A DNA stretch of 64,000 bases from Planctomycetota bacterium (GTDB lineage Bacteria; Planctomycetota; B15-G4), in assembly GCA_029259715.1 (NCBI GenBank), contig JAJDEP010000018.1, positions 42,544 through 106,543 on the forward strand. Reading direction: 5' to 3'. The notes under the pieces are model-generated. The model did no database searches. It saw nothing but the letters and a program-made list of their open reading frames with translations, and was not told the origin of the DNA. A program made the position numbers and the translations under genes. Positions within the stretch are counted from its first letter, which is position 1; every line of letters begins with the position of its first letter. Below, one piece after another: positions 26,946 to 35,755 of the stretch.

Positions 26946-28202
26946 TCAGGAAACGGCCTCTCCCGCGGCGGCCAGCTCCTCCTCCGAGAGAGCGTTGTAC
27001 GTGTCGTAGCTCTCGGTGGGGATGTAGGCGTTCAGGTAGGAGAACTTGTCCGCCTCCTTGATCAGGTTGCGGGCGATGACCATGCGCTGGATCTGGTTGG
27101 TGCCCTCGTAGATCTGCGTGATCTTGGCGTCGCGCATGTACTTCTCGATGGGGTAGTCCTTCATGTAGCCGTAGCCGCCGAAGATCTGCACCGCGTTGGT
27201 GGTGACCTCCATGGCCACGTCCGTCGCGAAACTCTTCGACATGGCCGCGAGCTTGTTCACCGCCGCCGTGTCGCCCTGGTCCACGGCCGTCGCAGCCCGC
27301 AGCACCAGGCCGCGCGCGGCCTCCACCTTGGTGGCCATGAGCGCGAGCATGTCCTGGATCACGCCCATGGACGAGATCGGCGCGCCGAACTGGATGCGGC
27401 GCTTGGCGTAGGTGACGGCGTACTCGAGAGCGCCCTGCGCCAGTCCCAAGCCCTGGGCGGCCACGCCGGGACGCGCCAGATCGAGGGTGCCCATAGCGTG
27501 CTTGAAGCCCATGCCGGGCCGGCCGCCCAGCAGGTTCTCCTGCGGCACGCGGCAGTCTTCGAAGTGGGTCTCGACCACGGGCACGCAGCGGATGCCCATC
27601 TTGTCCTCGACCTTGCGCACCTCGAAGCCGGGCGTGCCCTGCTCGACCATGACCGCGCTGATGCGCCGGCTCTTGCTGGTCGGATCGGTCACCGCGAACA
27701 CCGTGTAGAGCGACGCGACGCCGCCGTTGGTGGTCCACTTCTTCTCGCCGTTGAGCACCCAATGGTCGCCGTCGAGGCGGGCCTGGCACTGCATGCCGCC
27801 TGCATCGCTGCCGGCGAACTTCTCGCTGAGACAGAAGGCGATCATCTTCTCGCCGCTGGCGACCTGAGGCAGCCACTTCTGCTTCTGCTCCTCGGTGCCG
27901 CCCACGAGCATGGGGAAGCTGCCGAGGGCGTTCACGGCGTAGGCCACGCCGGTGCCGCCACACGCGCGGCTCAACTCCTCAATCACCAGACACAGGGCCA
28001 CGATGCCGGCGCCGTGGCCGCCGTACTCCTTGGGAATCCACACGCCCAGCAGGCCGTTCTCGATGTAGGCCTGCTTGACCTCTTCGGGGTACTCCTGCAC
28101 CTCGTCGAAGTGCTTGGCGATGGGCCGCACGACCTCTTCGGCCACCTTGTGGGCGACCTCTTGCCAGTGGCGGGCTTCCTCGGTGATGACGATGGCGGAC
28201 AC
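26946..28202 (-). CDS. acyl-CoA dehydrogenase
   Basis: CLSEKFAGSDAGG, KKWTTNGG and QIYEGTNQIQRMVIAR motifs. GTG start at 28202 preceded by GGAGGAG. It has a C-terminal extension of about 40 aa. Confidence 0.9.
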   Translation of the reverse strand: MSAIVITEEARHWQEVAHKVAEEVVRPIAKHFDEVQEYPEEVKQAYIENGLLGVWIPKEYGGHGAGIVALCLVIEELSRACGGTGVAYAVNALGSFPMLVGGTEEQKQKWLPQVASGEKMIAFCLSEKFAGSDAGGMQCQARLDGDHWVLNGEKKWTTNGGVASLYTVFAVTDPTSKSRRISAVMVEQGTPGFEVRKVEDKMGIRCVPVVETHFEDCRVPQENLLGGRPGMGFKHAMGTLDLARPGVAAQGLGLAQGALEYAVTYAKRRIQFGAPISSMGVIQDMLALMATKVEAARGLVLRAATAVDQGDTAAVNKLAAMSKSFATDVAMEVTTNAVQIFGGYGYMKDYPIEKYMRDAKITQIYEGTNQIQRMVIARNLIKEADKFSYLNAYIPTESYDTYNALSEEELAAAGEAVS

Positions 28203-28284
28203 GCGTTTCTCCTCCGCGGGGCGGCCCGTTCCGGGCGGCGATCGACGAGCGAACCATCCTAGCGATGGGCTACCATCCCACGCC

Positions 28285-29097
28285 ATGGCCACCATCTACC
28301 GGGCTCTCGCCTGCACCGTGCTGGTGCTCTACGCCTACGTCGTCACCACCGGCATGCACGCCGGCGACGACGGAGCCGCGCTCGGCCTGCACCTGCGCAC
28401 GGGCCTTTTCGCGAGCGTCACGGCCTGCCTGGTCAACTCGATCCCCTTCGCCTATTTCCTCGGGACGCGCTTCTGGGTCAAGGCCTTCGCGCGGGCCAGC
28501 AACGCCGGCGACGTGTGGAACGAGCGCCACGACGGGTGGATGCAGGGTGGCGCCTACCCGCTCATGTACCTGGTCGCGTTCTTCCCCGCCGGGGCGGCCA
28601 TCGCGGGCGGCCTGGAGGACTCGGGACGCATCGCCGCCGGATGGCACTTCACGCTGGTGCTGGCGTCCATCGTCACCCAGCTCGCCACCGTGGTGACCAC
28701 GCCGCGCGCGATGCAGCGCAACTCCGCGCTCATGGACCGACTCGCGGACGAACACTCGGTGCCCAAGCCGGACACGCCCGAGATGCAGGCCTACGTCGAG
28801 CGCGAAGCGGTGGACTCGCTGCCGCCCCTGTTCCAGCTCTCGCGCGTGCTCATGTGGGTCGGGGTGAACCTCGTCGTCATCTGGCTCTACCTGCGCTTCG
28901 GCACCGAGGGTTGGCGCGCTTCGCCGCTGCTGCCCTTCGCCCTGGGCTGCACCGTGCTGGTCGCCATCGGCGCCGGCCTGAACGCACGCTTCGACCCCCA
29001 CCACCCCGCTCCTCCGGCCCGATCCTGGGTCCGAGCGCTGCTGACCGGCATGGTCGGTGTGGCCCTGTCCTTGTGGATGCGGGGTCTCGGCCTGTAG
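28285..29097 (+). CDS. hypothetical polytopic membrane protein
   Basis: Trimmed to MATIYRALACTVLVLYAYVV. About 6 hydrophobic segments and ordinary composition. Confidence 0.55.
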   Translation: MATIYRALACTVLVLYAYVVTTGMHAGDDGAALGLHLRTGLFASVTACLVNSIPFAYFLGTRFWVKAFARASNAGDVWNERHDGWMQGGAYPLMYLVAFFPAGAAIAGGLEDSGRIAAGWHFTLVLASIVTQLATVVTTPRAMQRNSALMDRLADEHSVPKPDTPEMQAYVEREAVDSLPPLFQLSRVLMWVGVNLVVIWLYLRFGTEGWRASPLLPFALGCTVLVAIGAGLNARFDPHHPAPPARSWVRALLTGMVGVALSLWMRGLGL

Positions 29098-29159
29098 ACA
29101 GGTGCCTGCCGGGCACACACGCGGACGCGCGCAACGCGCACCGCCTCCAGGAGGACAGC

Positions 29160-29624
29160 ATGAGTCAGCAAGGACGTCGGGGCGTGGTGATGGTCGTTTG
29201 GGTCGCCGTGGGGCTCATGCTGATCTGGCGCGGACTGCCCTACGCGGGACTGCGTGACCACGTCGACGTGCCGGTCTCCCTCGACGGCAACCAGACCTGG
29301 ATCGCCCTCGGCATCGGGCTCATCGTCGGCATCGGCAAGGGGCTCACAGCCTTGAAGAAAGGCGCCCGTCGCGCGGCGCGGCAGATCATCGATCGCGGCG
29401 AGCAGGCGCCGCCCTGGACCGTGTTCAGTCCCACCATGGTGCTGCTCGTCGGGCTCATGGTCGGCGCCGGCCTGGCTTTGCGGCACAGTCCTTACGACCC
29501 CACGGTGAAGGCCTGGATCGTCGGCATCCTCTACCCGGGCATCGGCGTGGCCCTGATCATCGGCGGACTGCTGGCTCTCTCGGTGGATCCCACCCCGGCC
29601 GCCGGCGACGCCAAGGGCGACTGA
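29160..29624 (+). CDS. hypothetical membrane protein
   Basis: Trimmed to MSQQGRRGVVMVVWVAVGLMLIW. AGGAGGA lies upstream of the ATG. About 4 TM segments. Confidence 0.55.
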   Translation: MSQQGRRGVVMVVWVAVGLMLIWRGLPYAGLRDHVDVPVSLDGNQTWIALGIGLIVGIGKGLTALKKGARRAARQIIDRGEQAPPWTVFSPTMVLLVGLMVGAGLALRHSPYDPTVKAWIVGILYPGIGVALIIGGLLALSVDPTPAAGDAKGD

Positions 29625-29633
29625 ACCGGACCG

Positions 29634-30503
29634 TTGGCACGCGTCGAACGCCGTCGCCCCGAGAACATCGCCGGCGACTTCTACGTCGACGACACCTGCA
29701 TCGACTGCGACACCTGCCGCTGGCTGGCCCCGGCGACCTTCGACCGCGTCGGCGACCAATCGCGGGTGCACCGACAGCCCCGTGATGACGCCGAATTGTC
29801 GGCGGCTCTCGCCGCGGTGGTGGCGTGCCCCACCGTGTCCATCGGCGCCACCGAGCAGCATGACCTGGCCGAGGCCGTGGCCTCCTTCCCCTCCGTCATC
29901 GAGGGGCCGGTCTTCTACTGCGGCTTCCACCACGAGGCCAGCTTCGGCGCCACCAGCTACTTCCTGCAGCACCCCGACGGCAACGTGCTGATCGACACGC
30001 CGCGCTTCAACGGGCCGCTCGTGCGGCGCCTGGAGCAGCTGGGGGGCATCGCCACGATGTTCCTCACCCACAAGGACGACGCCGCCGACCACGCCCGCTT
30101 CGCCGCGCACTTCGGCGCGCAGCGCATCCTCCACGCCGACGACATGGGCCCCGACACCCGCGACGTCGAGCGGCCCCTGCAGGGCGTCGACCCGGTGCCC
30201 CTCGCCGACGACCTGACGGTGATCCCGGTGCCGGGTCACACCCGGGGCAGCGCCTGCCTGCTCTGGCGCGACGTGCTGTTCAGCGGCGACCACCTGTGGC
30301 ACAGCGCGACGCTGGGGCATCTCGCGACGACGCGCACCTATTGCCAGTACGACTGGCAGCGACAACGCGAATCGGTGGAGCTGCTGCTCGACTACGCGTT
30401 CCGCTGGGTCCTGCCGGGACACGGACGGCGCCTCTGCCTGCCGCCCGACCGCATGGCCGAGCAGGTGCGGCGCTGCGCCCATTGGATGACCACGATCCCC
30501 TAG
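29634..30503 (+). CDS. ferredoxin-domain / MBL-fold metallo-hydrolase fusion protein
   Basis: The N-terminus FYVDDTCIDCDTCRWLAP...ACPTVSI is a single-cluster ferredoxin module. The remainder has MBL-like THKDDAADH and PGHTRGS motifs. TTG start. Confidence 0.7.
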   Translation: MARVERRRPENIAGDFYVDDTCIDCDTCRWLAPATFDRVGDQSRVHRQPRDDAELSAALAAVVACPTVSIGATEQHDLAEAVASFPSVIEGPVFYCGFHHEASFGATSYFLQHPDGNVLIDTPRFNGPLVRRLEQLGGIATMFLTHKDDAADHARFAAHFGAQRILHADDMGPDTRDVERPLQGVDPVPLADDLTVIPVPGHTRGSACLLWRDVLFSGDHLWHSATLGHLATTRTYCQYDWQRQRESVELLLDYAFRWVLPGHGRRLCLPPDRMAEQVRRCAHWMTTIP

Positions 30504-30564
30504 CCGGGCGGCGGCGTCCCTCGCCCGGCCTGCACGCCTCCCCGGCGTGCGCCCCTCGTTGGTT

Positions 30565-31245
30565 TCAAACCGTGGGGACGCGGGCGGCGGCCTGCTCGAC
30601 GACCTTGCGGCAACACTGCTCGATGCCCGCCGCCACCGCGGTGATGTCCGGCCCGAGCATGTAGGCGGGCGTGCTCACGATGTTGCGGTCGGCGTCGAAC
30701 GCAATCTCGTCGACGCCGCGGGCCTCGTGGCGGGCGCCCATGGTGTTGAGCGCCGCCGCGGTGTCGGCATCCGTGCCGATGGTGAGGCGGGGGCTCTCGC
30801 CTGCCCCCAGCACCCGCGCGATGACGGCCGGCGCAATGCACAGCGCGCCGATGGGCTTGCCGGCGGCGTGCACGTCGCGGACGAGCTGCTCCACCGCGGG
30901 GTGCACCTGGCACGCCGCCCCCTCCGTCGCGAAGCTGCTCAGGTTCTTGGCGGCCCCGAAGCCCCCCGGCAGGACCAGGGCGTCGAGGTCGTCGGCGCGG
31001 GCCTCGTCGACGGGCGCGATGTCGCCCCGGGCGATGCGCGCCGACTCGGTCAGCACGTTGCGGCGCTCGCCGGGCACCTCCTGGCCGGTGCGGTGGTCGA
31101 CGACGTGCATCTGGTCGACGTCCGGGGCGAACCAGCGCAGCTCGGCGCCCGCCGCCTGGAGGAAGTAGGCGGCCAGGACCGCCTCGTGGATCTCGGTCCC
31201 ATCGAGGTAGCCGCAGCCCGAGAGCACCAATCCGACCGTCACCAT
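30565..31245 (-). CDS. elbB: DJ-1/PfpI-family isoprenoid biosynthesis glyoxalase ElbB
   Basis: VGLVLSGCGYLDGTEIHE, LPGGFGAAKNL and ALCIAP motifs. Confidence 0.8.
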   Translation of the reverse strand: MVTVGLVLSGCGYLDGTEIHEAVLAAYFLQAAGAELRWFAPDVDQMHVVDHRTGQEVPGERRNVLTESARIARGDIAPVDEARADDLDALVLPGGFGAAKNLSSFATEGAACQVHPAVEQLVRDVHAAGKPIGALCIAPAVIARVLGAGESPRLTIGTDADTAAALNTMGARHEARGVDEIAFDADRNIVSTPAYMLGPDITAVAAGIEQCCRKVVEQAAARVPTV

Positions 31246-31334
31246 CGCCCTGCCTCCATACCGAGTGCGCGAGCCCAGGGTACCGCAGCGGCCGGGCCGC
31301 GGCGCGGGCTGCGGGGTGTCGCCCCGCCGCGGCG

Positions 31335-31811
31335 GTGCGCTACCGTCTGCCCATGGCGCGCGTCCCCGGAACCGAGACGCCGAGCAATCGGCAGGGTTGG
31401 CGACCGGGCGATCTCGTCCGGGGCCGGCGGTCCCGCGCCGCCGACGCCCAGGGCCTCGTCGAACGCCCGGGCATCGTCACCGAGGTCCGGGGGGGCCACG
31501 TGCGCGTGCTCTTCGATCCCCGCCATTCCGCGCTGTGGGTCACCAACGAGACGGTGACCAGCGCCGAGGGCGCCGAGCCCCCCGACCTGAGCAGCGTGCG
31601 TCAGCTGCTGCGCACTTTGGGAGCCGTGCGCTTCGAGCGGGAGACCACCGCAGAGGGCGAGCAGCTCGTGTTCTTCTGCGTCCAGGTCGACGGCGACGCC
31701 CTGGACGCGGCGCGCGCCGCCTTGGGCGCCGCCCTGGCGAGGCTGGAGGTGGCGCCCGAGGGCGTCCACGAGATCGCTGTGCGCTTCACCCTCGCACCGG
31801 ACGGCGACTGA
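31335..31811 (+). CDS. hypothetical protein
   Basis: 158-aa ORF (GTG start; alternative ATG at 31353). The C-terminal two thirds have ordinary composition. I recognise no family. Confidence 0.4.
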   Translation: MRYRLPMARVPGTETPSNRQGWRPGDLVRGRRSRAADAQGLVERPGIVTEVRGGHVRVLFDPRHSALWVTNETVTSAEGAEPPDLSSVRQLLRTLGAVRFERETTAEGEQLVFFCVQVDGDALDAARAALGAALARLEVAPEGVHEIAVRFTLAPDGD

Positions 31812-31930
31812 CCCCGCGCCGCCCCACCGCGAGGACGACGGTGTGCGCGGGAGCAACGGCCCCGCCCCCGCCGGGGCATCAGCCGACTGGGGGGTCCTCG
31901 GACACGGCCGCTCCACCCCGCCCACCCGAC

Positions 31931-31959
31931 TGGACCATGTCGTCGGACGGGCCTATAGT
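31931..31959 (+). promoter_or_regulatory. candidate sigma70-type promoter of the ferredoxin gene
   Basis: TGGACC (31931-31936), a 17-nt spacer, then TATAGT (31954-31959). Two short hairpins in the leader follow (TTTCGCC-CTTC-GGCGAAA and GGTCCGG-AACCG-CCGGACC). Confidence 0.35.
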
Positions 31960-32028
31960 TTCCGTTTCGCCCTTCGGCGAAAGGTCCGGAACCGCCGGAC
32001 CGCTCCCGCAAGACAGCCCCGAGGAATC

Positions 32029-32259
32029 ATGGCCGACGTCACCGAGAAGTACGCGGACAATGCTGCCGGCGCTTTCTACGTCGACAAGCAGTGCATCCTG
32101 TGTCACCTCTGCTCCGACATCGCTCCCGCCTACTTCAAGGAGAGCGAGGACGGTGACCACGACTTCGTGCACACGCAGCCGGAGACCGACGAGGCCATCG
32201 CGCTCTGCATCGAAGCCATGGAGCAGTGCCCGGTCGAGGCCATCGGCGCCGACGGCTGA
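32029..32259 (+). CDS. small single-cluster ferredoxin
   Basis: Trimmed to MADVTEKYADNAAGAFYVDKQCILCHLCSDIAP...EQCPVEAI, a CxxCxxC...CP ferredoxin pattern. 76 aa. Confidence 0.8.
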   Translation: MADVTEKYADNAAGAFYVDKQCILCHLCSDIAPAYFKESEDGDHDFVHTQPETDEAIALCIEAMEQCPVEAIGADG

Positions 32260-32289
32260 CCCGCGCCGGCCCGGTGAGGGCCGTCCGCA

Positions 32290-34152
32290 TCAGCTCCGGG
32301 CGCCCGACTCCTTGAGCACCCGCAGGATCGGTTCGTAGCGACCGAATGGCGGGAAGATGTACGCGCCGCGCACGCGCTCGTGGTCGACGGCGGCGGCCAG
32401 ACTCTCGGACGCCACGCGGATGCCCACCTCGCGCTGGTCCTCCCGGGTGGAGGCATCCCGCAGGCGGTGCATGACCGCGTCCGGGACTTCCATGCCCGGC
32501 ACCTCGCGGGTGAGGAACTCGGCGTTCTTCAGCGAGGCCAGCGGCAGGATGCCCACGAAGAAGGGGATGCGCGGGAAGTCCGCGGTCGCCTCCAGGAAGC
32601 GTGTCAGGCGTTCGGGGTCGTAGACCGGCTGGCTGAACACGTACTCGGCCCCCGCCTCGATCTTCTGCCCGAAGCGCGCGACCTCGAGGTCGAGGTCGAC
32701 GGCGCCCGGGTTGCAGCCCACGCCGAGCACGAAGCGCGTGGGTTCGCCGGCCGGCGTGCCGGACAGGTCGAGGCCGTGGTTGAGCATGTTGGCGAAGGTC
32801 ACCAGGCCGATGGCGTCGACGTCGAACACCGCCGTCGCCTCGGGGAAGGGCCCCATCTTGGGCGGGTCGCCCGTGATCAGCATCAGGTTGTGCAGGCCCA
32901 GCGCGTTGGCCCCGATCAGGTCGGACTGCATGGCGAGCACGTTCCGGTCGCGGCAGCAGTAGTGGATGATCGTCTCGATCTCCACTTCCCGCCGCACGAG
33001 CTGCGCCATGGCGGCCGGCGTCATGCGGGCCATGGCCCGCGGGCCGTCGGCGATGTTGACCGCGTCGATGCCGTTGTCGTGCAGGAACCTGGCGGCCTCG
33101 ACGCTCTTGGTCGGCGCGGCCAATCCGTGGGGCGGGTCGAGCTCGACGCTGACCAGGAAGTCCTTGCCCAGCTTGGCGCCCCAGGGACTGCGCTCGGCGA
33201 TGGGCAGCGGCTGCTTGCGCTCGGCCGGCAGCCCCTCCGACTTGATCTCGATGCGGGCCCGGCGCGGCTGGATCGACATCAGGTAGCTGCGCACCTCTTT
33301 GATCTGGGCCGGCGTGACCCCGCAGCACCCGCCCACCAGGCGCGCGTGCTTCTGCACGAAGCGGCGGCTGTACTCGGCCATGTACTCGGGCGAGGAGAGG
33401 AACATCTGGCGCCCCTCGATGAGCGCCGGGCCGCCGACGTTGGGGCAGGCGGCCACCGGTGTCTTGGTGTGGGCCGTGATCTTCTCGATCACGTCGAGGG
33501 TGGTGTGCGGACCGTCGCCGCAATTCGCGCCGACCACGTCGGCCCCCACCCGGGTGAGCGCCTCGACCACGTCCTCGGGCTGCACCAGGAAGTCGTTGTT
33601 GCCCATGATGAAACCGCGGTGGAACGAGAAGCTCGCCACGATGGGCAGGGCGCACGTGGCCCGGCAGGCCTCCACCGCGCAGACCAGGTCGAGCACCGAG
33701 TGGAAGGTCTCGAGGAACAAGACGTCGGCCCCGGCCTCCGCGGCCAGCGCCGCGACTTCCTGATACGCGGCCGTCTGCACTTCTTTCGAGAGCGCCGCCG
33801 TCTTGTTGGCCGGGCCCAACGCGCCGATGCTCGCGGCGACGTAGTTGGCCTCGCCGGCCACTTCCCGCGCCAGGCGCACGCCCGTGGTGACGATGTCCGA
33901 CAGCCGGTCCTCGAGGCCATGGGCCTTGAGCTTGATGCGGTTGGCGCCGTAGGTGTTGCTCTCGATCAGCTCGCTGCCGGCCTTGATGAAGTCGGCGTGG
34001 ATCTCCTGGACGAGCTTGGGGTTGCTCAGGTTGAGCTCGTCGTAGCAGCGGTTGATGAACACGCCGCGGGCGTAGATCTCGGTGCCCATGCCGCCGTCGC
34101 CCAGGATGACGCGATCCGCGAGGGCTTCCAGGAACGGTTGGCGATCCGACAT
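32290..34152 (-). CDS. bifunctional homocysteine S-methyltransferase / 5,10-methylenetetrahydrofolate reductase (YitJ-type)
   Basis: The N-terminal domain has ILGDGGMGTE and GGCCGVTP (zinc site). The C-terminal domain has MTHFR-like SVELDPP, NIADGP and HYCCRDRN. Confidence 0.9.
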   Translation of the reverse strand: MSDRQPFLEALADRVILGDGGMGTEIYARGVFINRCYDELNLSNPKLVQEIHADFIKAGSELIESNTYGANRIKLKAHGLEDRLSDIVTTGVRLAREVAGEANYVAASIGALGPANKTAALSKEVQTAAYQEVAALAAEAGADVLFLETFHSVLDLVCAVEACRATCALPIVASFSFHRGFIMGNNDFLVQPEDVVEALTRVGADVVGANCGDGPHTTLDVIEKITAHTKTPVAACPNVGGPALIEGRQMFLSSPEYMAEYSRRFVQKHARLVGGCCGVTPAQIKEVRSYLMSIQPRRARIEIKSEGLPAERKQPLPIAERSPWGAKLGKDFLVSVELDPPHGLAAPTKSVEAARFLHDNGIDAVNIADGPRAMARMTPAAMAQLVRREVEIETIIHYCCRDRNVLAMQSDLIGANALGLHNLMLITGDPPKMGPFPEATAVFDVDAIGLVTFANMLNHGLDLSGTPAGEPTRFVLGVGCNPGAVDLDLEVARFGQKIEAGAEYVFSQPVYDPERLTRFLEATADFPRIPFFVGILPLASLKNAEFLTREVPGMEVPDAVMHRLRDASTREDQREVGIRVASESLAAAVDHERVRGAYIFPPFGRYEPILRVLKESGARS

Positions 34153-34341
34153 CCGGACCTCTCGAACAGTTGATACGACGGAAGGGAGAGGAGGTTATCC
34201 CCGCCCCCAAGGGCGGGCAAGATGAGCAGCACGCGCCGCCGACCTCCGAGTCGGATCATCGGCAGGGAGTCCACTTCGCCTTGCGCCCGGCTCCCGGCGC
34301 GTGTATCCCTCAACCTCACCGCCCGCACCGAAGGATCCGCC

Positions 34342-34656
34342 ATGCCCGCCGCCGAAGAGCTTCGCACCCAGATCATGGAATCCCTGGGAACCATCTACGA
34401 CCCCGAGGTCCCCGTCGACATCGTCAACTTCGGGCTGATCTACGGGGTCAACATCGCCGACGACGGCACGGTCAACGTGACCATGAGCCTGACCTCGCCG
34501 AGTTGCCCCTCGGCCCAGGCCATCCCGGCGGAGGTCGAGGCCAAGTGCCGCGCCGTCGAGGGCGTGGGCGAGGTCACCGTGAACATCGTCTGGGACCCGC
34601 CGTGGGGCCCCGAGATGATCTCGCCCGAGGGCAAGGTCAAGCTCGGCATGGAGTAG
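34342..34656 (+). CDS. DUF59 / SufT-like Fe-S assembly protein
   Basis: Trimmed to MPAAEE. IYDPEVPVDIVNFGLIY and TLTSPSCP motifs. Confidence 0.8.
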   Translation: MPAAEELRTQIMESLGTIYDPEVPVDIVNFGLIYGVNIADDGTVNVTMSLTSPSCPSAQAIPAEVEAKCRAVEGVGEVTVNIVWDPPWGPEMISPEGKVKLGME

Positions 34657-34707
34657 GGGCGCCCCGCCCCGGCCGGGACTGACGCCTGAATCGACGCCGG
34701 AGCCGCG

Positions 34708-35505
34708 ATGCTGCTGGCCTGCGCCGTCGCCCTGATCGCCTCGAGCCTGACCCTGTTCACCGGGTTCGGCCTGGGGACGCTGCTGCTCCCGGCCCTCGCG
34801 CTCAACATGCCCGTGGTGGACGCGGTGGCCGTCACCGCGCTCGTGCACCTGTTGAACAACCTGTTCAAGGCGGCCCTGGTGGGCCGCTGGGCGCGCCGGG
34901 ACCTGGTGCTGAGCTTCGGACTGCCCGCCATGCTGGCCGCCGTGGCGGGCTCGTCGCTGCTCGCCTGGCTGGGCCGGGGCGACGCGCTCGACGGCCCGCA
35001 CCTCGCCGGTTGGCATCTCGACCCCACGCCCGCCGACCTCGTCGTGGGTCTGGTCATCGTCGTCCTGGCGCTGCGGTCGCTGAGGGCGGCCCGTCAGGCC
35101 CCCGCCACTGGCGCCGGCACGGAGACGGGCCCTGACCTCGGGCCGGGGACGGCGGCCCGGGCCGGGCTGACCAGCGGCTTCATCGGCGGGCTCACCGGTC
35201 ATCAGGGCGCGGTGCGCAGCGCCTATCTGATCCGCCTCGACCTCGACCGGGACACCTTCGTGGGCACCGGCGTCGCCATCGCCTGCCTGGTGGACCTGGC
35301 GCGGCTGGCGGTCTATCGCGGGGGCGCCGGCTCCCTCTCGGCCGCCGGCGTGGAGCTGTGGCTGCCGGTGACGCTGTGCGCCTTCGCGGGCGCCTGGGTC
35401 GGGGCCCGACTCGTCCGCAAGACGACCCTGCCGGGCCTGCGCCGCACGGTGGGTGTCACCATGGCGATCCTGGGCTGCGTTCTGGCAGCAGGCCTGCTCG
35501 GCTGA
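34708..35505 (+). CDS. TauE/SafE-family anion exporter
   Basis: 265-aa membrane protein with two halves, each containing G-rich TauE-like segments (FTGFGLGTLLLP, GFIGGLTGHQG). Confidence 0.7.
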   Translation: MLLACAVALIASSLTLFTGFGLGTLLLPALALNMPVVDAVAVTALVHLLNNLFKAALVGRWARRDLVLSFGLPAMLAAVAGSSLLAWLGRGDALDGPHLAGWHLDPTPADLVVGLVIVVLALRSLRAARQAPATGAGTETGPDLGPGTAARAGLTSGFIGGLTGHQGAVRSAYLIRLDLDRDTFVGTGVAIACLVDLARLAVYRGGAGSLSAAGVELWLPVTLCAFAGAWVGARLVRKTTLPGLRRTVGVTMAILGCVLAAGLLG

Positions 35506-35517
35506 CCCCGAGACCGA

Positions 35518-35634
35518 CACGGCCGAACACCCCGCCGATTGTGCGCCTTCGGCGATCTGTGCGATCCTGGGGGGCTTCTGCCCCGGGATCGCCTCAGTCT
35601 GGGGCCCCCATCCCGCCGATCAGAAGGCTGGCCC
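35518..35634 (+). promoter_or_regulatory. structured nadA leader with two tandem bulged hairpins (candidate NAD+-riboswitch-like element)
   Basis: Folded by hand. Domain 1 (35518-35561): CACGG / bulge CCGAACACCCC / GCCGA-loop-UCGGC / GAU / CUGUG. Domain 2 (35602-35634): GGGCC / bulge CCCAUCCC / GCC-loop-GGC / U / GGCCC. A 10-bp hairpin (35563-35590) lies between them. Confidence 0.25.
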
Positions 35635-35755
35635 GTCACCCTGCCCTGACCCCCTTCCCGCCCGAGGCTCGTGCCGCCTGCTGATGCCGGCGTGACCCTC
35701 CGGAGATCGACCCCTGGCTCCCCGCACCATCGATCGCTCCGCGCGCCTGAGCAAG

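Noticed and set aside
34153-34341. 189-nt divergent region upstream of the YitJ-type methionine-cycle gene, as a SAM or cobalamin riboswitch.
   Set aside because: Reading the minus strand, I could not match SAM-I, SAM-II or SAM-IV core sequences or a B12 box. Only a short GC hairpin (CCCGCCC-TTG-GGGCGGG) is present. A cmsearch would settle it.
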